From contig DATCEO010000112.1 in the NCBI GenBank assembly GCA_036510065.1, positions 66,720 to 130,719 on the forward strand: a stretch of DNA of 64,000 nucleotides, written 5' to 3'. The DNA is from Streptosporangiaceae bacterium (lineage in GTDB: Bacteria; Actinomycetota; Actinomycetes; Streptosporangiales; Streptosporangiaceae). The position numbers were made by a program, and so were the translations under genes. Below the pieces are notes generated by a model that was given only the letters and a program-made list of their open reading frames with translations, did not search any database and was not told the origin of the DNA. Below are positions 1 through 9,243 of this stretch, piece by piece. Numbering within the stretch: position 1 is the first letter of the stretch; each line of letters opens with the position of its first letter.

Positions 1-569
1 CGGTCTGGGCCACGAGCTGGCTCGTCGGCTGGCTCCGCCGGCGCGGTGCGCCCCGGGTGGCCTGGGCGGGCCTGGGCGCCGTATGCACGGCGGCCCTGGT
101 GGTGCCGGCCGTGATCACCACGTTCGGGATCGTCCGCAGCGGCCACGGTCCGCTCGGTCTCAAGCCCGCCGCGGTCGGCCTGGCGGACAAGCGCACCTAC
201 GGCGGGGAGATCGCGGCGGTCGGCCACCTGTGCGCGGCCATTCCCAGCCGCGCATCGGTCGTCTTCGTCGACAGCTCGACGGGCACGATCGGCAACAACT
301 TCGCCGAGGTCGTGCGGGGGATGTGCGGCGTTCCGACCGCCATCATGAGCACCCGGAGCCCGAGCGCCGCGCAGGTGGTCGTGGCCGGCATCCGGCGGGC
401 GGGACGCACGCCGGTGTTCCTGGCCCCGCGTCCCCGGGAACTAACCCCTTACGGGGGCACGGCGCGGCTGATCATGACGCTGCAGAGCGCGCAGGACGGT
501 CATGCGCTGGTCACCGCGCCGAAAAATACCACTAAACTGGCCTACCACATCTGGATGTCGGAGCCCTAG
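1..569 (+). CDS. membrane-anchored protein, C-terminal part (5' end outside window)
   Basis: The frame of ORF 57..569 stays open back to nt 3. It has one hydrophobic helix (GLGAVCTAALVVPAVITTFGI) followed by a soluble domain. Its stop lies 2 nt before the GT2 gene, suggesting one operon. No family recognised. Confidence 0.45.
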   Translation, partial: VWATSWLVGWLRRRGAPRVAWAGLGAVCTAALVVPAVITTFGIVRSGHGPLGLKPAAVGLADKRTYGGEIAAVGHLCAAIPSRASVVFVDSSTGTIGNNFAEVVRGMCGVPTAIMSTRSPSAAQVVVAGIRRAGRTPVFLAPRPRELTPYGGTARLIMTLQSAQDGHALVTAPKNTTKLAYHIWMSEP

Positions 570-571
570 CA

Positions 572-1543
572 GTGACCGTCCCTCTCGGCAGTACGCCCGC
601 CGACAGTCCTGAAATCGGAGTATTGTCTCCCGCCGTGAGCGAAACGTCCACACAGATGCCGTATGTCACCATCGTCCTGCCCTGCCACAACGAGGAGGGC
701 CACGTCATCGCCGAGGTGGCGCGGATCTGCGAGGCCATGGACCTGAGCGGCTACCCCTACGAGCTGGTGGCCTACGACGATGCCTCCACCGACTCGACGC
801 TGCTCCGGCTGCAGGAGGCCGCGCCCGACTACCCGCAGCTGCGGATCGTGCACTTCCACCGCAACGGGGGATCGGGCACCGTCCGGCGCATCGGCACCCA
901 GCAGGCCCGCGGCGAGATCGTCGTGTGGACCGACGCCGACATGACCTACCCGAACGAGCGGATTCCCGAGTTCGTCCAGATGCTGGAGAAAGAGCCGCAC
1001 CTGGATCAGGTCGTCGGGGCCAGGACCAGCGAGGAGGGCACCCACAAGATCCTTCGGGTCCCGGCCAAATGGTTCATCCGTAAGCTGGCTGAGGTGCTGA
1101 CCAACTCGCCGATCCCGGACCTGAACTCCGGCCTGCGGGCATTCCGGCGCGAGGTGTCGCTGCCCTACCTCCGGCTGCTGCCGCCCGGCTTCTCCTGCGT
1201 GACCACGATCACGATCGCCTTCCTGTCCAACCAGCACGACGTGCGGTACGTGCCGATCGACTACGCCAAGCGGGCCGGCACGTCGAAGTTCAAGTTCGTC
1301 CGGGACGCCTACCGCTACATCCTTCAGGTGCTGCGGATGGTGATGTACTTCAACCCGCTCAAGGTGCTGATGCCGCTGGCGCTCACCCTGATCACGCTGG
1401 GCATCGGCAAGTTCATCTTCGACCTGATCGTGCACCCGTTCCTGATCGCGGTCGACACGGTCCTGGTCCTGGTCACCGGGCTGATCATCGCCACCCTCGC
1501 GCTGCTGGCCGACCTGATCGTCCGGTCCAGGGGCGACACGTGA
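572..1543 (+). CDS. family 2 glycosyltransferase (polyprenyl-phosphate sugar synthase, GtrB/DPM1-like) with C-terminal TM helices
   Basis: Motifs VTIVLPCHNEE, YDDASTDST and WTDADMTYP. The tail is hydrophobic (LMPLALTLITLGIGKFIF..., LVLVTGLIIATLALLADLIV). The start could instead be ATG 656. Confidence 0.85.
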   Translation: MTVPLGSTPADSPEIGVLSPAVSETSTQMPYVTIVLPCHNEEGHVIAEVARICEAMDLSGYPYELVAYDDASTDSTLLRLQEAAPDYPQLRIVHFHRNGGSGTVRRIGTQQARGEIVVWTDADMTYPNERIPEFVQMLEKEPHLDQVVGARTSEEGTHKILRVPAKWFIRKLAEVLTNSPIPDLNSGLRAFRREVSLPYLRLLPPGFSCVTTITIAFLSNQHDVRYVPIDYAKRAGTSKFKFVRDAYRYILQVLRMVMYFNPLKVLMPLALTLITLGIGKFIFDLIVHPFLIAVDTVLVLVTGLIIATLALLADLIVRSRGDT

Positions 1544-1630
1544 CCCGTGCGGCCCGCCCGGGGCCGCCTCGGGCGGTCCGCTAGCAAGCGCCTGCGTGAC
1601 AACCTCCCGCGAGAGAACAAGGAGAGCACA

Positions 1631-2965
1631 GTGGCCCGTCGCGTTACCGTGCTGGGAACCGGGTATCTCGGCACCACGCACGCTGCGTGCATGGCCGAGC
1701 TCGGCTTTGACGTGCTCGGCGTGGATGTCGACGCGGCCCGGATCGCCGCGCTGGCCGATGGCCAGCTGCCGTTCTACGAGCCCGGCCTGGAAGCGTCGCT
1801 GGAGCGCGGCGTGCGCTCGGGGCGGCTGCGCTTCACCACGTCGTTCCAGGAAGCAGCGGACTTCGGGGACGTGCACTTCTGCTGTGTGGGCACGCCGCAG
1901 CGCTCCGGGTCGAGCGGAGCCGACCTGTCCCAGCTGGATGGCTGCATCGAGGCGCTGGCGCCGCTGCTGAGCCGGCCGTGCCTGATCGTGGGGAAGTCCA
2001 CCGTCCCGGCCGGGACCGCGGCCCGCCTGGCCGAGCTGCTGGCGCGGCTGGCCCCCGCCGGCACCGACGCCGAGCTGGCCTGGAACCCGGAGTTCCTGCG
2101 CGAGGGCCACGCCGTGACCGACACGCTGCGGCCCGAGCGCATCGTGGTGGGCGTCCGCTCAGCCAGGGCCGAGGCGATCCTGCGGGAGGTCTACGCGGAG
2201 CCGCTGGCGGCCGGGGTGCCGTTCGTCGTGACCGACTTCGCCACCGCGGAACTGGTCAAGGTGGCAGCGAACGCCTTCCTCGCCACGAAGATCTCGTTCA
2301 TCAACGCGATGGCCGAGGTCTGCGAGGCGGTCGGCGCGGACGTCGCCAGCCTGGCCGAGTCCCTGTCCTACGACCACCGCATCGGGGGCGCCGGCATGCG
2401 GCCCGGCCTCGGCTTCGGCGGTGGCTGCCTGCCGAAGGACATCCGGGCCTTCGGGACCTGGGCCGCGGAGCTCGGAGCGGGCGAGGCCGTCTCGTTCCTG
2501 GCCGAGATGGACACCATCAACACCCGGCGCCGGACCCGGATGGTCGAGCTGGCCAGCGAGCTGGCCGGGGGATCGCTGGAAGGCCGCAACGTCGGCATCC
2601 TCGGCCTGGCGTTCAAGCCGGACTCCGACGACATCAGGGACTCGCCGGCGCTCGACGTGGCCATGGGCATGCACCGGCTCGGCGCCCGGGTGACCGCCTT
2701 CGACCCGGCCGCGATGGACCGGGCCCGGCAGGCGCACCCCGAACTGGAGTACGCCAGCTCGGCGCTCAGCGCCGCCACGGACGCGGACGTGCTGCTGGTG
2801 CTGACCGAGTGGCCTGAGTTCCGGCAGGTCGATCCCGAGGTCATCGGCAAGGCGGTGGCCCGGCGCAACATCGCCGACGGCCGCCACCTGCTAGATCCGG
2901 CGCTCTGGCGGGCGGCCGGCTGGACCTACCGGGCGCTCGGCCGACCCGCCGAGGCCGCTTTCTGA
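1631..2965 (+). CDS. UDP-glucose/GDP-mannose dehydrogenase family protein (UDP-glucose 6-dehydrogenase-like)
   Basis: Rossmann N-terminus VTVLGTGYLGTTHAACMA and catalytic Cys region GFGGGCLPKDI. AAGGAG lies 6 nt upstream of GTG 1631. The ORF-track start at 1547 was judged too far upstream. Confidence 0.9.
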   Translation: MARRVTVLGTGYLGTTHAACMAELGFDVLGVDVDAARIAALADGQLPFYEPGLEASLERGVRSGRLRFTTSFQEAADFGDVHFCCVGTPQRSGSSGADLSQLDGCIEALAPLLSRPCLIVGKSTVPAGTAARLAELLARLAPAGTDAELAWNPEFLREGHAVTDTLRPERIVVGVRSARAEAILREVYAEPLAAGVPFVVTDFATAELVKVAANAFLATKISFINAMAEVCEAVGADVASLAESLSYDHRIGGAGMRPGLGFGGGCLPKDIRAFGTWAAELGAGEAVSFLAEMDTINTRRRTRMVELASELAGGSLEGRNVGILGLAFKPDSDDIRDSPALDVAMGMHRLGARVTAFDPAAMDRARQAHPELEYASSALSAATDADVLLVLTEWPEFRQVDPEVIGKAVARRNIADGRHLLDPALWRAAGWTYRALGRPAEAAF

Positions 2966-3027
2966 CCGCAGGTGGCCCCTGGGCCAAGGTTCTCGACTAG
3001 TAACGGCCGCGGCGGCCGGCCCCGGCG

Positions 3028-3381
3028 TTAGCTGTCCGCCTGGCCCGGCGGATCCGAAGGGCCGGGGGTGGCGTCGAGCAGCGCGCTGGACCCGGCCGCG
3101 CGCGTGGTCACGTCATCGCAGCGCTCGCGGAAGCGGTCCAGCGACTCGCCGTCGCCGATCGGCACGCTGGCCTCCAGCCGGCTGCCGTCCCGGACCTCGG
3201 GCAGGTCCAGCACGCGGTCCACGAGCTCGGCCCGCCTGCCGGGGGCCACGTGTCCCGAGGAGGCGTGCAGCGAGGCGCGGGCCGCCCCGTCGCCCTCCTC
3301 CGGCATGCTGACGTCGGCGGCGGCGACCGTGCGATCGCCTTCCTTGATCTCGACGTGCCGGCGCGTCACGCGATCGGTCAT
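3028..3381 (-). CDS. hypothetical protein
   Basis: 117-aa ORF with a GGAGG Shine-Dalgarno upstream of the ATG and coding-like third-position GC. No family recognised. Confidence 0.5.
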   Translation of the reverse strand: MTDRVTRRHVEIKEGDRTVAAADVSMPEEGDGAARASLHASSGHVAPGRRAELVDRVLDLPEVRDGSRLEASVPIGDGESLDRFRERCDDVTTRAAGSSALLDATPGPSDPPGQADS

Positions 3382-3458
3382 TTATCTGCCTCCAGCTAGT
3401 GCTCGCGGGCCTCCGTACCTCCGTACCTCCGTGCCCGGCGGGCCGGGCATGAAACGCC

Positions 3459-3983
3459 CTAGTGCCCGGCCGTTAGTGATTCCGGCGACGGCCGGTCGAC
3501 GATGAGCTTCTCGAGCCGGTCCAGCCGGTCGCCGAGATCCTGGGTGGTGACCACGTCGGCCAGGGCCAGCCGGACCGCGGACAGCTCCCGGGCCAGGAAC
3601 TCGGTGTCGGCCTGGGTGCGGGCCGCCACTTCCCGGTCGCGCTCGATACTGGCCCGGTCGCGGTCGTCCTGCCGGTTCTGAGCCAGCAGGATCAGCGGCG
3701 CCGCGTAGGCGGCCTGCGTGGAGAAGGCCAGGTTGAGCAGGATGAACGGATACGGGTCCCAGTGCCGGACCAGGCCGGTGATGTTCAGCGCGATCCAGAC
3801 GATCACCAGCAGCGTCTGGCCGACCAGGAACCGACCGGTACCCAGGAACCGGGCGACGCTCTCCGAGAACTGGCCGAAGGCGTCAGCGTCATAGCGCGTC
3901 CCCACCCGCGGGGCCGCGCCGCGCGGGGCGGACAGGTCGGAACGGTCGCCGGGCAGCAGCGAAGACAGGGGCGGCATCCTCAT
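3459..3983 (-). CDS. DUF1003 domain membrane protein
   Basis: Two TM helices followed by the motif LNLAFSTQAAYAAPLILLAQNRQDDRDR and a coiled C-terminus. Its start overlaps the upstream stop as ATGA. Confidence 0.8.
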   Translation of the reverse strand: MRMPPLSSLLPGDRSDLSAPRGAAPRVGTRYDADAFGQFSESVARFLGTGRFLVGQTLLVIVWIALNITGLVRHWDPYPFILLNLAFSTQAAYAAPLILLAQNRQDDRDRASIERDREVAARTQADTEFLARELSAVRLALADVVTTQDLGDRLDRLEKLIVDRPSPESLTAGH

Positions 3984-5182
3984 GCGGTCTCCTTTGTCCG
4001 CCAGCCCGCAGGCAGGAGACGGTCCAGGACGTCATCGACGGTGACCGCGCCGAGTAGGCGGCCGGCCTCGTCGCAGACGGCCACGCCGATGAGGTTATAG
4101 GCGGCCAGCCGCCGGGCTACCTCGCGCTCGGAGAGCTCGGGGCGGACGAAGGCGCTCTCCTCGATGCACTCGCCGACGGTCGCGGACGGCGAGTGGCGCA
4201 GCAGCCGCTGGAATCCGACCGTGCCCAGGTAGCGGCCGGTCGGGGTCACCGAGGGCGGCTCGCAGACGTAGACCTGCGCGGCTGACGTGACGGCCCGGTC
4301 GGGCTCGCGGATGCGGGCCAGCACCTCGGCCACGGGGGCATCGGGCGGGACGATCAGGGGCTGGGAGGTCATCAGGCCGCCCGCGGTCGTGGCGTCGTAG
4401 TGCAGCAGCCGGCGGATGTCGGCCGCCTGGACCTTCTCCATGGCGGCCAGGAGGCGCTCCCGCTGCTCGGGCGGCATCTCGGCGAGCAGGTCAGCGGCGT
4501 CGTCCGGCTCCATCTCCTCGACCACATCGGCGGTGCGCTCGAGCCCCAAGCCGGCCAGGAACCGGATCTGGTCCTGCTCGGGCATCTCCTCGAGCACGTC
4601 GGCCAGCTCCTCGTCCTGCAGCGCCTCGGCGAGCTGGGTGCGCCGGCTGGCCGACATGGCCTCGACCGCGTTGGCCAGGTCGGTCGGGTGCATTTCCCGC
4701 AGCTGGACCAGTTGCTCGGCCAGCGGGCCGGCCTTGAACAGCTCGCGGTGGCGGTCCCACCGAACGATCACGGGCGTGTGATGGCGCAGCCCTCGGCCCT
4801 GGCTGATGGCCAGCACCGCGACCTCCCAGCCATCCCGGCGCCGCTCGGAGCGGGCGATGCCCACATCCAGGACGCTGCCAGCGCCTGCCGGGCTGCCGTA
4901 CAGCTCGGACGCGAAGATCTCCCCGGTCCGCCTGCTGAACCGCCTCAGGTCAACGGTGCCGCCGCGCAGGTGCGCGCCGTCGAGGCTGATCTCCGCGACG
5001 CGCCCCAGGTTGACGAAGATCTGCCGCCGCTGCAGGGTGACCACGAGCCCCAGCACCCAGGGCGGCTCGCCGCCTGCCGTGGGCAGGATGACGACGTCCC
5101 GGATCCGCCCGACTGGCATCCCCTCGCCGTCGAGCAGCTGGCGGCCCGTCAGCCGGGACGTGAAGACCGGGCTGGCGGTCAT
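3980..5182 (-). CDS. PRC-barrel / MgtE-N / tandem-CBS domain protein (soluble, lacks an MgtE membrane domain)
   Basis: Acidic MgtE_N-type repeats (DLANAVEAM..., DVLEEMPEQDQIRFL, VVEEMEPDDAADLLAEMPPEQRERLL) followed by a CBS pair (GGLMTSQPLIV..., NLIGVAVCDEAGRLLGAVTVDDVLD). Confidence 0.8.
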   Translation of the reverse strand: MTASPVFTSRLTGRQLLDGEGMPVGRIRDVVILPTAGGEPPWVLGLVVTLQRRQIFVNLGRVAEISLDGAHLRGGTVDLRRFSRRTGEIFASELYGSPAGAGSVLDVGIARSERRRDGWEVAVLAISQGRGLRHHTPVIVRWDRHRELFKAGPLAEQLVQLREMHPTDLANAVEAMSASRRTQLAEALQDEELADVLEEMPEQDQIRFLAGLGLERTADVVEEMEPDDAADLLAEMPPEQRERLLAAMEKVQAADIRRLLHYDATTAGGLMTSQPLIVPPDAPVAEVLARIREPDRAVTSAAQVYVCEPPSVTPTGRYLGTVGFQRLLRHSPSATVGECIEESAFVRPELSEREVARRLAAYNLIGVAVCDEAGRLLGAVTVDDVLDRLLPAGWRTKETA

Positions 5183-5278
5183 GACCGATCACGCTGTGAC
5201 ATCGCCGGGACCTCCTCGCCTCACCCGCCAGCACGTTCGAGACCCTATCTCCTGCGGCGAGTCGGCCGGTCCGGGGAG

Positions 5279-5644
5279 CTAGCGCTCCCAGGGCGGGGTG
5301 TCACCCATCTTCTGGTAGTACTTGGCCAGGTGGCTCTTGACCCGGTCGATGTCGCCGGCCGGCAGGTCGATCCCGCCCCGGGCACCTTGCATGATATTCC
5401 CGGCCGCGATGATCGCGCGGGGCACCGCACGGATCTTGCCTTCGACGATGTCGGCGATGAGCAGCTTGTAAGCGGTGAAGTTGTCCTTGCTGGCGCTGTC
5501 GTACCAGACGTGCGCGTCGCGGTACTTGTCGTTGGGCTCGTCCTGCGCGTCCGCCCAGGCCCGGACCCGCTTCTCCGCCGCGCCGCCATCCCAGTGGCGG
5601 TCGCCGTCGGCCAGCGGGTAATCCTGAAATGCCGTGACAGCCAT
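5279..5644 (-). CDS. conserved hypothetical protein
   Basis: 121-aa ORF with an SD-like AGAGGTG upstream and no TM segment. Family not recognised. Confidence 0.55.
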   Translation of the reverse strand: MAVTAFQDYPLADGDRHWDGGAAEKRVRAWADAQDEPNDKYRDAHVWYDSASKDNFTAYKLLIADIVEGKIRAVPRAIIAAGNIMQGARGGIDLPAGDIDRVKSHLAKYYQKMGDTPPWER

Positions 5645-5772
5645 GTCGCACCTCTGCCCTTTCGGTGGCCTCAGCTTCCGTGGCGTCTGCCTTCCCCGGC
5701 TGGGGGACGGAAAACCGGCAGGCCGCTGGCCGGGCTGGCGGCAAGCGGGGCAGGCGGGCCTACGCTGGTGCG

Positions 5773-6561
5773 ATGAAGGCGACGATGCCAGGCGCCACCT
5801 CCAGCGGCCAGGACGTGGCGCGGCGGCTGCTCGACGACGGTTACGTCGTCGTCTCCGGCCTGCTGAGCGGGGCCGAGATCGAGGCCGCCCGGGCCGACCT
5901 GAGCCGGGTGCTGGCCACCACGCCGACCGGCCGCAACCCCTTCGAGGGGCACGCCACCCAGCGGGTCTACGCCCTCTTCGCCAAGACCCGGACCTTCGAC
6001 GCGGCTGCCGTCCACCCGCTGCTGCTGGCGGTGCTCGACCAGGTGCTGGGGCACTACCAGCTCAGCGCGCCGGTGGGCATTCGCATCGGACCGGGGGAGC
6101 AGGCTCAGCTGCTGCACCGTGACGACGCGGTATACCCGCTCCCGCAGCCGGGACCGCCGGTGGTGGTCAACACCATGTGGCCGCTGGATGAGTTCACGGC
6201 GGCCAACGGCGCCACCAGGTTCATTCCCGGCAGCCACCGCTGGCCGGCCGGCCGGGCGCCGGCCCCGGCCGACCCGGTGCTGACCGCCACCATGACCCCC
6301 GGCTCGGCCATGTTCTACCTCGGCAGCCTCTGGCACGGCGGCGGGGCCAACGCCACCGCCGCGCCCCGCCTCGGGGTGATCCTGGAGTACGCCGCCGGCT
6401 GGCTGCGCCCGCAGGAGAACCACTGCCTGGCCGTGCCGCGCGAGGTGGTGCGGCAGCTTCCGCAGCGGCTCCAGGAGCTGCTCGGCTACAACATCTACCC
6501 GCCGTTCCTGGGCTACGTCGACGGGACCCACCCGCGCCGGGTGCTGTCGGCGGGGGAGTGA
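5773..6561 (+). CDS. phytanoyl-CoA dioxygenase (PhyH) family Fe(II)/2-oxoglutarate oxygenase
   Basis: Motifs LLHRDD (HxD), GATRFIPGSHRW and SLWHGGGAN. The start was chosen at ATG 5773 (MKATMPG); the ORF-track extension back to 5665 is Arg/Gly-rich and unlikely to be coding. Confidence 0.8.
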   Translation: MKATMPGATSSGQDVARRLLDDGYVVVSGLLSGAEIEAARADLSRVLATTPTGRNPFEGHATQRVYALFAKTRTFDAAAVHPLLLAVLDQVLGHYQLSAPVGIRIGPGEQAQLLHRDDAVYPLPQPGPPVVVNTMWPLDEFTAANGATRFIPGSHRWPAGRAPAPADPVLTATMTPGSAMFYLGSLWHGGGANATAAPRLGVILEYAAGWLRPQENHCLAVPREVVRQLPQRLQELLGYNIYPPFLGYVDGTHPRRVLSAGE

Positions 6562-6621
6562 CCCGAGAACCAGGGCCGTCCGCCGGCGATGAGTCCCGGG
6601 CCGCCGTTTCGTCAGACCCAC

Positions 6622-6657
6622 CAGGTAGCTTCGGCGGCGCAGGTAGCTTCGGCGGCG
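6622..6657. repeat. perfect 18-bp tandem duplication (CAGGTAGCTTCGGCGGCG x2)
   Basis: Read directly in the intergenic leader upstream of the ABC ATPase gene. Confidence 0.9.
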
Positions 6658-6770
6658 GCGGGCCCGGTGCTGGACCCGTGGCGGTCTTTGATTAGCTGGG
6701 CGGTGACCCAGCCGGTAGGTTTTTCGTGATGCGGGGGCCCCGTGGCCGGCCCGCCTGATCAGGAGGAACG

Positions 6771-7820
6771 ATGACGCAGATCGGCGCGGTGCCCGCGAGT
6801 TCGGGGCCGGCCATCCTGGTGGAAGGCCTGACCAAATCGTTCGGCGACGTGCACGCGCTGCGTGGCATCGACCTGTCGGTGCCGCGGGGGACGGTGCTCG
6901 GCGTCCTCGGTCCCAACGGCGCGGGCAAGACCACCGCCGTGCGCATTCTCACGACCTTGCTGCAGCCCGACGGCGGGCAGGCGCTGGTGGAGGGGCGCGA
7001 CGTCGTGCGGGAGGCGGCGGCGGTTCGCCGGCTGATCGGGCTGTCCGGGCAGTCGGCGGCCATCCAGGAGGAGCTCACCGGCCGGGAGAACCTGGAGATC
7101 ATCGGGCGGCTCTACCATCTGGCCTGGCCCGATGCGCGCCGCCGGGCCACCGAGCTGCTTGAGCAGTTCGACCTGACCGAGGCCGCGGACCGGGCGGCCA
7201 AGAACTACTCCGGCGGCATGCAGCGCCGCCTGGACCTGGCGGCCAGCCTGGTCGGCCGGCCCCGGGTCCTGTTCCTGGACGAGCCCACCACCGGCCTGGA
7301 TCCGCGGTCCCGGCTGGGGATGTGGGACATTATCCGGTCGCTGGTGGCCGGCGGTACGACGCTGCTGCTCACCACGCAGTACCTGGACGAGGCCGACGAG
7401 CTGGCCGACGAGATCGTGGTCATCGACCATGGCCTGGTCATCGCGGCCGGGACGTCGGAGGAGCTCAAGGGCCGGGTCGGCGGGGACGTGCTGGAATTCA
7501 CGGTGCCCGACCGGTCCCGGCTCAGCGACGCCGTCGCGGCCATCGCGAGCATCGGCGATGGCGAGCCGCATGCGGATAAGGAGACTGGCGTGGTCAGTGT
7601 CGGGGTCGGCGGGCGTGGCTCGGAGGCGCTTGTCGAGGCCGTGCGCCGCCTCGACGCGGCCGGGGCGGAGACCCGCGGGCTGGCGCTGCGGCGGCCGTCC
7701 CTCGACGACGTCTTCCTGGCGCTGACCGGGCACGCAGCCGAGGAGGACGAACAACCGAACGGCCGCCGCCGGGGCCGCCGGAAGGGCGGCAAGAAGGACC
7801 CCGCGCAGGTGTCGTCATGA
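6771..7820 (+). CDS. ABC transporter ATP-binding protein (DrrA/daunorubicin-resistance-like)
   Basis: Walker A GPNGAGKTT, signature YSGGMQRRL, Walker B LFLDEPTTGLD. Strong SD (CAGGAGGAACG before ATG). Confidence 0.92.
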   Translation: MTQIGAVPASSGPAILVEGLTKSFGDVHALRGIDLSVPRGTVLGVLGPNGAGKTTAVRILTTLLQPDGGQALVEGRDVVREAAAVRRLIGLSGQSAAIQEELTGRENLEIIGRLYHLAWPDARRRATELLEQFDLTEAADRAAKNYSGGMQRRLDLAASLVGRPRVLFLDEPTTGLDPRSRLGMWDIIRSLVAGGTTLLLTTQYLDEADELADEIVVIDHGLVIAAGTSEELKGRVGGDVLEFTVPDRSRLSDAVAAIASIGDGEPHADKETGVVSVGVGGRGSEALVEAVRRLDAAGAETRGLALRRPSLDDVFLALTGHAAEEDEQPNGRRRGRRKGGKKDPAQVSS

Positions 7821-8644
7821 CCGCCGTTACCGCGCCCGCGGCGCTCCCGCCGCTGGAGGATCCCGGCCTGTTCACCCGCGGTCGCTGGGCCGTCAGCGAC
7901 ACCCTCACCATCACCCGGCGCAACCTGCTGGTCTGGATGCGCGTGCCGGCCTACATCGTCTTCACCGTGATCCAGCCGGTCATGTTCACGCTGATGTTCC
8001 GCTATGTCTTCGGCGGCGCGATCCAGGTGCCGGGCGTGCCCGGCGGGTACGTCAACTTCCTGATCCCCGGGATCATCGCGCAGACCGCGGCGTTCGCCAC
8101 GTTCGGCACGGCCATCGCGCTGGCCCAGGAACTGAAGAAGGGCGTGATCGACCGGCTGAAGTCGATGCCGATGTCCCGCTCGGCGGTCCTGGCCGGCCGG
8201 CTGGTGGCCGACACCGCGCGGATGACCGTGACGATCCTGATCGTCCTCGGGGTGGGGTACGCGGTCGGCTTCCGGTTCCAGAACGGCGCCGCCCCCGCCG
8301 TGCTCATGGTCGTGCTCGCGATCGTGTTCGGCGTGGCGATCTGCCTGATCGCCGCCTTCACCGGGCTGGCCATCGGGGACGAGGAGTCGGTGCAGGCGTT
8401 CGGGCTGATCTGGCTGTTCCCGCTCACCTTCCTCAGCTCGGCGTTCGTCCCGATCTCCTCCATGCCGGGCTGGCTGCAGGCCTTCGCCAACAACCAGCCG
8501 GTCACCTACGTCGTCGACACGATGCGCGCGCTGGCGCTCGGCGGCCCGATCCAGGCCAGCCTGCTCAAGAGCCTCGCGTGGATTGTCGGGATCTTCATCG
8601 TCTTCGCGCCGCTGGCCGTCCGCGCCTACAAGCGGGCGGGCTGA
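7817..8644 (+). CDS. ABC-2 type transporter permease (DrrB-like)
   Basis: Six hydrophobic segments. The start overlaps the ATPase stop by 4 nt. Confidence 0.85.
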   Translation: MTAVTAPAALPPLEDPGLFTRGRWAVSDTLTITRRNLLVWMRVPAYIVFTVIQPVMFTLMFRYVFGGAIQVPGVPGGYVNFLIPGIIAQTAAFATFGTAIALAQELKKGVIDRLKSMPMSRSAVLAGRLVADTARMTVTILIVLGVGYAVGFRFQNGAAPAVLMVVLAIVFGVAICLIAAFTGLAIGDEESVQAFGLIWLFPLTFLSSAFVPISSMPGWLQAFANNQPVTYVVDTMRALALGGPIQASLLKSLAWIVGIFIVFAPLAVRAYKRAG

Positions 8645-8698
8645 GCCCGGAGCTCGCGGGCCTGCCGCCGCGGCCATGGGCTGGATACGCTCAGCCCA

Positions 8699-9180
8699 TG
8701 GACAGGGATGAGCGGCGGCAGTTCGTCCGGGACCACCGGACCTGCGTCTTCGGCTATGCCCGCCAGGCCGACGGCCCGGCGATGACGATCGTCTACTACG
8801 TGATGGACGGGGACGACCTGCTGGTCTCGACTATGGCCGACCGGGGAAAGGCCAGGGCGGTGCAGCGCGACCCGCACGTCAGCCTGTGCGTGCTGGACGA
8901 GAAGTGGCCGCCCACCTACCTCCAGGTCTACGGCACCGCGGTCCTGGACCCGGACGAGGAGCAGGCCGCGGACCTGCTGCGCAAGGTCGTGGAGCTGATG
9001 GCCGGCCAGCCGGTGCCCGCTGAGCGGCACGAGCAGATCGCGCAGATGGCGCGGGAGGAGAAGCGCGTCGTCCTCCGGGTGACGCCGTACGCGACGTTCG
9101 CGACGCCGCCGCGCCACGTGAACACGATGGAAGACATCGACACGCTCTCGCACTGGACCAGCTCGAGCCAGCCCTGGTGA
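8699..9180 (+). CDS. PPOX-class (pyridoxamine 5'-phosphate oxidase family) probable F420-dependent oxidoreductase
   Basis: MDRDERRQFVRDHRTCVFGYARQADGPAMTIVYY...GKARAVQRDPHVSLCV is typical of the split-barrel PPOX family. Start taken at ATG 8699. Confidence 0.72.
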
Positions 9181-9243
9181 CCGGCTGCCCGGCCGGTTAG
9201 GGTAAAGACCCGCCGTGGCAGCCAGCGATCGAAGGAGATCGAC

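Noticed and set aside
566-2110. Long antisense or out-of-frame ORFs in the track, for example 566..2110(-), 9280..11181(-), 12624..14624(+), 42337..44199(+), 44209..45885(-), 50373..53981(+) and 57141..58745(-).
   Set aside because: Their translations are Arg/Gly/Pro/Ala-rich low-complexity sequences typical of non-coding frames in high-G+C DNA. Each overlaps a gene with clear family motifs on the other strand or in another frame.
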